Source of the DNA: Basidiobolus meristosporus CBS 931.73
Lineage: Eukaryota; Fungi; Basidiobolomycota
Assembly (NCBI GenBank): GCA_002104905.1
Contig: MCFE01000542.1
Span: forward strand, 1 to 60,406
Reading direction: 5' to 3'
DNA: 60,406 nt
Shown: positions 45,904 to 56,155 of the stretch, in pieces
How the letters are laid out: every line of letters begins with the position of its first letter
Position numbering within the stretch: position 1 is the first letter of the stretch
Notes under the pieces: generated by a model
Databases searched by the model: none
What the model saw: only the letters and a program-made list of their open reading frames with translations
Told to the model about the DNA's origin: nothing
Position numbers and translations under genes: made by a program

Positions 45904-46248
45904 TGTTGTAAAAGTCTTGGAGATATTGGAAGTGATTTGGAAGGACAAGTAGATTATGTGGTTCTCACTTAATGATTTATTGAATGTAAAAGTAGTATTT
46001 ATACTTTTACATTGTCCTGGCATTTCTAACACAAAGAATAGGTTAAGAAAGGTCCCAAAACATGTGTGCAAAGTTTGGGGCTGTTTGGACAACTTTGAGA
46101 ATTTTCTTGTTCTGAGTACCTGGTATTTTGGTAATAATATTCCAAGTCCCAACAAGGAATTTGGTCAGTATTCTCCAGGATTTGAAGGTAATGATCTAAG
46201 TGACTAAGTTAGGTGAATATTTAGGTGGAATTATGAATTTTTACAGCA
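45904..46248 (-). mobile_element. Copia LTR
   Basis: TGTTGTAA...TTACAGCA, colinear with the family LTR. Confidence 0.88.
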
Positions 46249-46252
46249 TTTG

Positions 46253-46630
46253 TTGTGCCAAGACCATGCAAAAGTATAAATAATACTTTGACACTAAATA
46301 AATCATTAAGTGAATACCACATAATCTACTTGTCCTCCCAATCACTTCCAATATCTCCAAGACTCTTACAACAAAAACCGCATAATCTCCCTGCTGACCT
46401 AATCTCTTCTGATTTGCACAAAACTTTTGCAATGCCCAGAGCTTGAGAACTTTCAGACTGGTCTAAAAGCTACTAAGCTTTGCACACATGCTCTTATGAC
46501 CTGATATTTTGATAATATATTCCAAGTCCCAACAAAGAATTTAGACACGATATTACAAGATTCATATGCTATGATCCAAGTTTAGCAAGTTAATGTAGTA
46601 CATAGGTGCAATTACAAATATATAACAAAA
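46253..46630 (+). mobile_element. Partial and degenerate copia LTR pieces
   Basis: 46253-46373 is an LTR end (..GACTCTTACAACA); downstream are weaker matches (CTTTGCACACATG, AAGTCCCAACAAAGAATTT). Confidence 0.6.
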
Positions 46631-47708
46631 TACAGGTGCAAAGCTTGGTGATTGTAAAGACATTGCAGCTTCAGGACTTTAAGAGTCACTGAATTGGTTG
46701 ACAGGATACAACTTTCAGGCTGACTTCTAACAAGTTTCTGCTTACGCATGAATATTAGGGATTGGTAGTAGCTATTTCTGGACAAGAGTACAGCCAATAC
46801 GCAATTTAACTAAGCACTGTATTGAAATTGCGGAGCAAATGTACGTATTGGTGATCGCTAGGACCTAGGACCATTTTCCCGCCATATGCGCTGTGATTCC
46901 ATATTTTATATAGAGGGTCGATGAGCACAGGTATATTTCGGCTGACGATAAGCCACGATGTCTCACAGAACCTTTTAAAGGTTGAAAGGTTAATGACTAA
47001 CATTAAACGGTAAAGAAAACTCTATTGAACACTGGCTATAGGCCAAGGTGAAGCTCACTTCAAATGGGGATAGTTATTCTTGGCTCCAGAAATGGCCATT
47101 TCCGGTCTAGAGTTCAACATCCCGTGGAGATAAAGTACGAGAAGATTGGAAATAGAGTGGAAATGAACGAAGGTATTTTAGTACCACCATAACCTCAATA
47201 CCATTATAGACCAAAAACCCTCAAATCAGGACGAAGTCGAACTAACAAAAGCATATTCAGCCATTTTCTTACTGCAAAGAAGATTGGGACATGGACCAAA
47301 ATAGTCGCCATGGCAATCAACCCGCAATCGAAACACCTCCATCCGATTTCACAGACCCAAATCGGAACACACGAAGGAAACAACGTGTTGCAATTTTCGA
47401 TTAAAATAGACAGTCGGATACCCAAAATACCAAATCGGAACCTAGTTCCAGATATGCCTAATTGATCAGCAGGACAAATCTGGCCAGATAAGGGCCAGAA
47501 ATTCCCCATCTTCCCGGATGATGTTTTTCGAATTCCAAACAAAACCCAACGTAAACACTAGTCCGTAACTGGAACGAGGAGAACGTTCGATGTAGTACCA
47601 TGTAATCTTATTATTTATTCATTACCGATAATTTAATATTCACTCTATGTCGAAGGGTGGGATGGTACCATATCCCCCTACGAACAGTTAAATGCCTAGA
47701 AAGATAGC

Positions 47709-49083
47709 TTAGGCCCAGTCACAGATGATGGAACCTTCGAAGGTCTTGCAGACAGTACCAGGGGCGCAGACTTGCTCAATGGCCTTACCGTTAGCGCAAA
47801 CAGTGAACTTAGCAGATTTGCCTGAATCAACGCATTGGTAGGTACCATTGGAGCAAGAGGCTTCAGTGGGCTTGGCAGAGTGACCAACAGTTACGGTCTT
47901 GGTGACAGTGAGGGTAACTGGTGCGCAAGTTTCAGCAGGCTTGTGAGCCTCAGTAGTCTTGTGGGTTTCAGTAGTGTGGTGGGTCTCGGTAGGCTTGTGA
48001 GCTTCAGTAGTCTTGTGGGTCTCAGTAGTGTGGTGAGTCTCGGTAGGCTTGTGAGTCTCGGTGGTCTTGTGGGTTTCGGTGGTCTTGTGAGCCTCAGTAG
48101 ACTTCTCGGTCTCAGTGGACTTGTGGGTCTCGGTAGACTTCTCGGTCTCGGTGGACTTGTGGGTCTCGGTAGACTTCTCGGTCTCGGTGGACTTGTGGGT
48201 CTCGGTAGACTTCTCGGTCTCGGTGGACTTGTGGGTCTCGGTAGACTTCTCGGTCTCGGTGGACTTGTGGGTCTCGGTAGACTTCTCGGTCTCAGTGGAC
48301 TTGGGAGACTCGGTGGACTTCTCGGTCTCAGTGGACTTGTGAGTCTCGGTAGACTTCTCGGTCTCAGTGGACTTGTGAGTCTCGGTGGACTTCTCGGTCT
48401 CAGTGGACTTGTGAGTCTCGGTAGACTTCTCGGTCTCAGTGGACTTGGGAGACTCGGTGGACTTCTCGGTCTCAGTGGACTTGGGAGACTCGGTAGACTT
48501 CTCGGTCTCAGTGGACTTGTGAGTCTCGGTAGACTTCTCGGTCAGTGACTTGGAGACTCGGTACTCTCGTCGTAGACTTGTGAGTCTCGGTGGACTTCTC
48601 GGTCTCAGTGGACTTGTGGGTCTCGGTGGACTTCTCGGTCTCAGTGGACTTGTGGGTCTCGGTGGACTTCTCGGTCTCGGTAGACTTGGGAGTCTCGGTA
48701 GACTTCTCGGTCTCAGTGGACTTGTGAGCCTCGGTGGACTTCTCGGTCTCAGTGGGTTTGACGCTGTTTTCTTTATACCAGGCGCAAATCTGACTTTGCA
48801 AAGTCGTCAACTCGGTGATATGTGACAATGTGTAGGGGCAATTCAATGCGCACATGGCAGTATCATCGGTGAATTTGGCTTTCGAGGGATTTTCACAGAT
48901 TAGTTCGATGGATTTCATAAAGTTAGGACTGCTTGGATCCTGAGTGTAATCCGTCATCAGTTTCTTGCCAGCGTTCAAGGCGCAGTCAGTAATGCATGGA
49001 GTAGGATATTTGAATGGGAAGTCGACAGCAGAGACAACAACTGAAGCGGCAAGAACCGCAAGGGTCTTAGAGGCAAAATGCAT
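47709..49083 (-). CDS. Gene D: secreted protein with 6-Cys domain, xxKSTE repeats and CBM19-like C-terminus; frame garbled at ~48541-48580
   Basis: Signal peptide MHFASKTLAVLAASVVVSA; FPFKYPTPCITDC..YTQDPSSPNF; 3' part reads ..SCSNGTYQCVDSGKSAKFTVCANG..CAPGTVCKTFEGSIICDWA*. Confidence 0.85.
47950..48755 (-). repeat. 18/36-bp coding minisatellite in gene D
   Basis: Alternating TEKSTE/THKSTE units, the same unit set as in gene C. Confidence 0.9.
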
Positions 49084-51132
49084 GATAACACTATAAGTTA
49101 TGACTTATAACTTTACTACTGAGCTGAACAAACTGGGTATTTATAAGATTACTCTACCCATGCTATTCATAGCCTATTACAGACTAGACTCGCAGTATCT
49201 CTGAGGTAATTCTGGAATTTTCATGAGATAAACATATCGAGAGTAAAAGAGAACTAATGTTCACTCTGCTATATTTGGAGGATTTATTTTTGGCAGACAA
49301 AAAAGAACACCCTAAATGGATTGGTCAACGGGGTTATTCTAATCCGAGTTGTATTGTGAAAAATCGCATGAATCCAAAGTCTAAATCTAGAATTATATTG
49401 AATGTAGTCGAGACTTACTGGCACGTACTGGTAATCGCGGACTTATCATGCTACAAATCTTCCCACTCCAGCGTGGCTGAGAGAGTGGTGACTAGATTGG
49501 CGTGATGGAATCCGAATGTATACTGCTGTCCTAATTATAGATACATGAACAAAGAAACAAACGCGACTTTACGATTAGAAACTACAAGAACCAAGTGACC
49601 ATATCGAATAGTTGTTTTTATATCCAAGCTAACCTGCTCCTCAGGCTTAATCCTGTGGAATATACGATGCCCTTGGCTAAAGATAGATTGAGGGAATGTC
49701 TAAATATGTTGATGCTGAAACCGATAGTAGAATCGCCCATTCTACGTTGTTCTCAAACAGTATCTCAGGTGGCTTTGAAGGGAAATAATGTCAAAGCCAA
49801 TAGCGATAATCCGTGCGAATTATGAGCACTACATGATTGCAAAACTATACTGGAAAGGCATATTTTAGGAATAGCATCTGACCAACCGAAAAAACTTGGT
49901 TTTAGGCTTATTTCCACATACATCATGTGTTGGGCATTCTTGGTACAGATGCCAAACTAAAACTCGAGAATGTATTGCCAGTACATACTTTTCTTGAGCT
50001 TGATTATATGCCGGAAACGCTACCCGTGTTGGAATCATGCCTGTGAAGGAGCATCTGTGCATAGAATCCGCCAGCTATTGGCAAACAGATAGCTACGAGT
50101 GATTGATATTAACCTGAGCGTTTAGAAGGACTATTCAAGCATCATTCTGGTCCAAGGGATCATGATTAGGTGCTCTTTTCAGAAGCACAATCGAAGATCT
50201 CATCAATGATAGGCTTGATCGAGATGGTGAACCACAAATAGCTAAATTAACATATTGGCATATTCCATGGCTCGGGTATCTGGTCTTGGCATTATGAAAC
50301 AAACAACCTTGGATTCTCGGACTTGCATTGATTTCTGTGTTCTCCGATCATGATCTGATATGAGGTTGGAAATATGAATTTGGCACGACAAATTGAAACA
50401 CCAATAATTGGCTTTCGAGGGGTTTTTGGATTCCACTTTGGCAAGAGCTAGCTCAAGATGGTATTCCGCAACCATGTGGCCCTCGAGTGCTTGGAAATGT
50501 GAAAGCCACCCACGTGTGACGGGGATGTCCGGTTAAGAGGTTACATTGTCGATCTATTTAATAACATTGGTGGTGAATTCGCATTGTTAGGCGCAGTTAG
50601 TGCAGGAAGTTTCAGTGAATTATGATGAATCAGCTCGAATACCACCATAGAATTGGGGACTCTTCGAAAGGCCTCGGGTCGTATCTTTGCCAATTTCATC
50701 TATTTAAGCATCTGGGTAGCTTACAGTGCAGCCTACACTACACTCTAATCCTGCACTTGTCTGCCAAGAAAGCTATGCAAGGAAATCGGTTGATTGAGTA
50801 ATGTGCTTACTGTGCTCCATTTAAGGCGTGATTAGTAACGCTAGGGTTTGAAGATAGTATCAATCGAAGTGGAGGTAAAACTGAGGGCTAAGGGAGTCGG
50901 CGGTTGTATTACAGAGTGCATATTTAAATATAGTCTCTATAAGGAAGATTCAATTAAATAAAACCGTTACTATTATATGACATGGCCCAAACAAAACCAT
51001 CAGTCTGTGCGGTATTACCAAAAATCTCATATATCAAACAGAATTGAGAGAATCTTAACTCGATTTATTTCCTGGGCTATTAGGAACTCTACGCGCCCAC
51101 TACAGATCGGTCACTTGTCATCTATGGTCATG

Positions 51133-51738
51133 TTAAGCCCAGTCGCATATGATGGAATTTCTAACCGTCTTGCAGACAGTGCCAGCTGAACAGGCTTGGG
51201 TCACGAGTTTGCCATTGTTACAGATAGTGAATTGACCAGATTTTCCTGAATCGACGCATTGGTAAGCACCATTAATACAAGAAGCTTTAGCTGGTTTGGA
51301 AGTTTGCGTTTTGGTCACAGGAATGGCTACACTCGTTTTAGTTACAGTTGGAGTTTGGACGGGAGTAAACATGGTGGTGAAGGCACTGTTCATTGCATTT
51401 TGGGGCTCATCAAAATTCTCAAGCGTATTGAAAAGGTTACAAAAGGTTTCAGCCAATACCGGTAACTCAGGCATGGTAGTATTACACCTCTCAGCCAGAC
51501 AATACTTGCCTTGTTTTAGATAAACGTTTACTAGAGGAGAATCTTCGACACAAAGTAATTCGAGTGATTCCTGGACGGAAGGATTAGATTGAACCTGCTC
51601 ATATTGGTACCAGATTCTTAGACCGGCTTCCATCACACAATTCAAAACACAGTCGAGCCGTTGTTGGGTTTGAGGCTCGGAGGCAGAGACTAGGACAGAA
51701 GTGAAGAGTCCAGCAAGAATTGTGGTGGAGAAACGCAT
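51133..51738 (-). CDS. Gene E: small secreted protein, 6-Cys domain + short linker + CBM19-like module, 201 aa
   Basis: Signal peptide; CVLNCVMEAG..Y..S..LC..C..C..C; ends IICDWA. Confidence 0.88.
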   Translation of the reverse strand: MRFSTTILAGLFTSVLVSASEPQTQQRLDCVLNCVMEAGLRIWYQYEQVQSNPSVQESLELLCVEDSPLVNVYLKQGKYCLAERCNTTMPELPVLAETFCNLFNTLENFDEPQNAMNSAFTTMFTPVQTPTVTKTSVAIPVTKTQTSKPAKASCINGAYQCVDSGKSGQFTICNNGKLVTQACSAGTVCKTVRNSIICDWA

Positions 51739-53319
51739 GACTATATTGCCTAAACAGATTGCATCTTAGAGTGAACCAGGTACAGTATTTATGCAGTCCT
51801 TGTTCCACGATAACGTATCATTAAAGGAAATATTAAATGGTAAATATGATTAGGCTGAGCTATCTCTACCCAACGGTTGAATGATGACCAGAGAAATTAT
51901 ACGCTATATTATCTTGTTGATTTCCACAAGGCCATTATATACAAGATCTTGAGTGTTGTATTGATAGCCATTCCAGATATATGCGACCTTAGATGGGTCA
52001 ATTCTCTACAGTAAGGGAAGATTGGTGGACACAAGCCCAATTAGTAAACAAAAACTGGCGGCTCCAGTAAAAGCGTAAAGTATGAACTGACACTCTTATG
52101 TATAATCCTAACTGCTGACTCTGAGGTATCTGGTGCTAGATTTCGGTTTGTTTCAAATACGGTTGTTCAAATATCCATGTTAACCTAGTCCTCAAGCTCC
52201 ATTTGGCGACATACGATATCTTGTGAATTATATTTGGTGGGAGTTTGTAGATTTATATACTCTAAAGTTGATGCCAAGGTTTAGAAAAGTCTTAAGTAGA
52301 AATAGTCGTCCTACAGTACTCTATGCAATTGCTCTCGAATAAAACCTCGGGTTTTACTGAAGGATAATGACAGAACTATCATTGATAACTCTTGCGAATT
52401 ACGAATACAGAGTGCCGTATTGCTTGATAAAATATTTGGGTGATCGTAATTCCTTTCAGACATAACATTTTATTTTCGTACCCTCTGGCCTCTAAACCTC
52501 AGCGTCAAGCTTTTGAAAAGACACATCATTGTTGATATAGATGTTAAACCAGATCCGTGAACATTATGTTAGTTTATACTTTCTCTGAGCTTGAATACAT
52601 AGCAGAAAGTCCGAAGGTGTAAAAAGCAATAGATGGGCAAGATAGTAAACCATATATAGACAGTCCACATTCTGTCATATTCCGTGACTCGGGTGTCTTG
52701 TCTTAGCATTTCGAACCAAAGGAATAGTCGGAGTGATTTCTCCGAATAGCATAATCATTCGTGATCTGGGGTGGAAATATGGATTTGGCATGGCAAATTG
52801 AAACATTCACGATGTTCGAGGGGTTTTTGAATTCCACCTCGGCAAGTGCCAGCTCAAGATGGTATCCGGCTAACATGTGGCTATCAGGTGCCCCAAAACG
52901 TGCCTGATCATTGACATGCGACGAGTGAGGAGGCTGGATGGTCGATGTGATGATTGACACCGGCAGTGAATTCCGCAGATCAACCAGGGTCCACACATTA
53001 TGTGTTGTAGTGAATTAAGATGGCACAGCAGCCACGGGCTTCAATTCAAATCCTCTCTGATTGTACCTTTATCAATCTCGCTTTCCATTTTGGTGGTTTG
53101 AGGCATAACTGGCACCTCGATCCATCTACTTATACTTCAACCAATCTACCCCATGAACCGATTGCCAGGAAGCGTAACCAGCAACACATAGTATTTCAAA
53201 GGAGTATCAAAAAGAGAAGACAAAACTGAGGGAAAGAGAGTTAGTACTAGTTTATTTTCAAATCATTTAGAAATTCTATGTGTTCTCAGACACCCGTTGT
53301 ACTTGGGCATCTATAGTAG

Positions 53320-53924
53320 TTAAGCCCAGTCACAGAGGATGGAATCCTTAACAGTCTTGCAGACAGTACCAGGTGCACAGGCTTCGGTTACGAGTTTGCC
53401 ATTATTACAAACAGTGAATTCGACAGATTTTCCGGAGTCGACGCATTGGTAGGTGCCGTCGACACAAGAGGCTTGGTAGGTTTAGGAGCTTGTGTTTCGG
53501 CAACAGGAATGACTGTACTCGCTACAGTTACAATAGGGGTTTGGACGGGAGTAAACATGGTGGTGAAGGCACTGTTCATTGCATTTTGGGGCTCCTCAAC
53601 ATTCATGAGCTCGCTGAACAAGCCACAGACGGCTTCAGGTATGGCAGGCAACTCAGCCAAGGTAATATTGCAATTTCTAGCCAAGCACACTGTGCTTTGT
53701 TTTACGAAAGTGGTTGATAGTGGAGAGTCTGGTGCACAAAACATTTCAATAGATTCTAGGATGGAAGGATTGGCTTGGCCTTGATCATACTGGAACCAGG
53801 TCCTTAAACCAGCCTCCATCGCACAACCAGCTAAGCATTCGAATCGTTGTTCGATTTGATATTCGGAGGCGGAGGCTAGGACGGTGGTAAAGAGTCCAGC
53901 AAGTACTGTGGTAGAAAAGCGCAT
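53320..53924 (-). CDS. Gene F: tandem duplicate of E; 201 aa if a 1-nt deletion at ~53470 is restored
   Basis: AAGCC vs expected AAGGCC; restoring the G gives KASCVDGTYQCVDSGK..ILCDWA* and the same length as E. Confidence 0.82.
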
Positions 53925-54975
53925 GATTGTATTGAATAAATTGACCGTATGCTCGAGGTTTGGTATTTATGCTCATCATGCAGCATGATTACGCATCATT
54001 GTAGGATATTCAAAATGGCGGATAAGATTAGGCCGAGCTATCTCTTCTAAATGGCTCAACATTGATCAGAATTCCTACATATGCCTTATCACCCTATCGA
54101 TCATGCTAACGATTGTTACTTCCCTTCAAATTAAGCGACATAAGATAGGGTCGATTTATATGAGGATGTCATGACTATGGTACATTAGGGACTATTGGAA
54201 ATTTAGTGCGATGGACGATCGGTATCAACAACATTCACGTCCAACTCCTGCAACAAAGTTTGCATTTCTTTGCGGAGCACGGTGACTACTTGGGCCCACG
54301 AGCTAAACTCCTTCTCCTCCCCATATACTGAGCGTCGGTAAGGGAGGTTGGTGGTGGCGATTCCCGAGCTGGCCAGGTAATGGAACTGTCGACGAAGGCC
54401 AGCTTGAATATCCTTGAAAGATGGCCATAGATAAGGTGGATAAGGTGTCAGTACGTGGAGTTGGAACGCTGACCTGACGAGAAAATAGAGATTCACTAAC
54501 GTTCAGTAACTCCATGTATTGCGCCACGTAATGTTCGAAGGTTTGCCGCTTGTCTCCGAACTCCGAGCCCAGATCACTGTCGTCTGAAAGAATGGCTACG
54601 GTACGTCCAGCGGTTTCTAACAAACGGACAATTCTCTACAGTGAGGGAAGTTTGGGACGCACAAGCTCGATCAGTAAACGAATGTCGGTGGTCCCTCATA
54701 AAGTTTAAAGTACCGTTTCTATGACATGAAGATCAGCGATCCTGACTGCTGATTCTGATGTGTCTGGTGCTAGATCTTGATTGTTAATATTTTGGGCTTC
54801 CATTGTGTATCGAAGGTGGTCTATGGGATGGTCCGAAGTCCAAGAATACGGGGGGGGGAAGTGAGTTAACGAAATGATTAAAATTAAAGCTTGATCAGGT
54901 GCAGATTGACTAGGAAATTCATTGATTTGTTGGGCAAAAAGTCTTTTATTCTACACACAATCTTGGTGGTACTTC

Positions 54976-55380
54976 ATGGAGCTCTTGGGCGGTTTGTCGG
55001 GAGAGAAGGGAGTGGGGGTGGATATTCAGCTACTGTCCGAACTGAATATCGAGAACGAGACCTTTTTGGAGCGGAACTTCACTCCCGCAGAATTGAACGA
55101 AGCTCAAGGTTCGCTCACGAAATTATGCGAAAAGTGGTGTGCCAAAGAGGCCACTATTAAGGCAGTTTCCAGCTTCTCCTTAGACACCGAGCCAGTTTGG
55201 GATCAAGGAGTAGGTGCTCCTCTCATTGGGATCGAGGTCCTTGCTGATGAAAGCGGGGTTTTGCAAGTGGACTTTTACGGGGATGCCAAAGAGGCCGTGA
55301 ATAAAGCCGGAGTAAGCCAGGTTTCGGTATCAGTGCAAAGCAATAATGAATACTCCATGGCAATAGCTACGGCTCAGTAG
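54976..55380 (+). CDS. Stand-alone 4'-phosphopantetheinyl transferase (AcpS fold) resembling the fungal FAS-alpha C-terminal PPT domain, 134 aa
   Basis: GVGVDI..NETFLERNFTPAE..W.AKEA..GAPL..IEV..GDAKEA..AGV..V.VS matches the Fas2 PPT pattern. Confidence 0.85.
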   Translation: MELLGGLSGEKGVGVDIQLLSELNIENETFLERNFTPAELNEAQGSLTKLCEKWCAKEATIKAVSSFSLDTEPVWDQGVGAPLIGIEVLADESGVLQVDFYGDAKEAVNKAGVSQVSVSVQSNNEYSMAIATAQ

Positions 55381-55457
55381 AAGTTTATTATAATAAAATG
55401 GATTTACAAGACAATGAAAAAGTATATGAACCACAATATACAAGCGTTTGGAAGAGC

Positions 55458-55949
55458 TCAATGTCTGGAGACCTTCACGGCAATGGGGACTAAACAGATC
55501 CGGTTAATCACATGTATACGCAGACAAACCACGAGTTGACTTACCAACAATCACAATCAATATCACCAAGAATATCACGAACATGATCACTCGCATCTTC
55601 AAACTCTTCAACCACATTTGCTTGCGAACCTGATTGGCTCTTCGGTGGAATCGTCTCGATCCTGACTCCAGCTCATCTAACATCAACATGATCTTAGTAA
55701 GGGTTGACTAGAGGCTTAGCATTGTGCCATTGTTTACCTGCTCTGTAGTTTAGATGCTCCAGTTTCTCGCCACGGTCCATAACATTGCTGACGTTTTCTT
55801 GCATGATATTCACTACCTCGTCCACCTGTTGATGAACCATGGCAGCGTGATCATTTGAAGACCCTTTGTTGAGGGGAACTGCTTCGTAAGTCCTGGGCGA
55901 CTGTAAGCAAATATGACAATGGCAATAACAATAGAGAAGTAGCTTACAT
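55458..55949 (-). CDS. Synaptobrevin/VAMP R-SNARE (Snc1/2-like)
   Basis: QVDEVVNIMQENVSNVMDRGEKLEHL..SRRFHRRANQVRKQMW, a TM helix and C-terminus VPIAVKVSRH*; GT-AG introns. Start position uncertain (see findings). Confidence 0.88.
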
Positions 55950-56155
55950 TGTGTGCAAGGGTGGTACAGATTTGCTGGCACCAAAAGTTCTTTGGGCATC
56001 TTTATATTAGTTGAAAACTGGATAAATCTTTAATCCATTTGTAGGTTTACAACACGACTCAATCAAAACGATCAACAATGACGCAATGAAATGAAACAGA
56101 TTATATATTGTATGGTTTGATGAATAATGAACTTCTATAATATACAGCGACGGGA

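Noticed and set aside
42330-46446. Recurrent small ORFs MFVMPRPGKSINTTFTF.. and the long N-terminal extensions of ORFs 41796-42461 and 44935-46155
   Set aside because: They are chance open frames within the copia LTR, repeated only because the LTR is repeated.
47204-47542. 112-aa minus-strand ORF
   Set aside because: TTG start, no homology recognised and no supporting gene structure.
48541-48580. Garbled patch breaking gene D (possible pseudogenisation)
   Set aside because: About six small deletions packed into ~40 bp of a perfect minisatellite look like an uncorrected long-read segment; the rest of the gene is intact.
50370-52890. Similar ~110-bp segments at ~50370-50480 and ~52780-52890 as a possible conserved hidden gene
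   Set aside because: They are explained as flanks of the E/F tandem duplication; frames contain stops and no motif was recognised.
53465-53475. Gene F as a true pseudogene
   Set aside because: A single GG-to-G loss with the downstream CBM19 codons fully conserved matches the error pattern seen in SMC1; left as unresolved.
19237-53924. Horizontal bacterial origin of the intronless secreted-gene array
   Set aside because: TATA boxes 40-56 bp upstream, eukaryotic signal peptides, disulfide-rich domains and a fungal CBM19-like tail point to a native fungal family.
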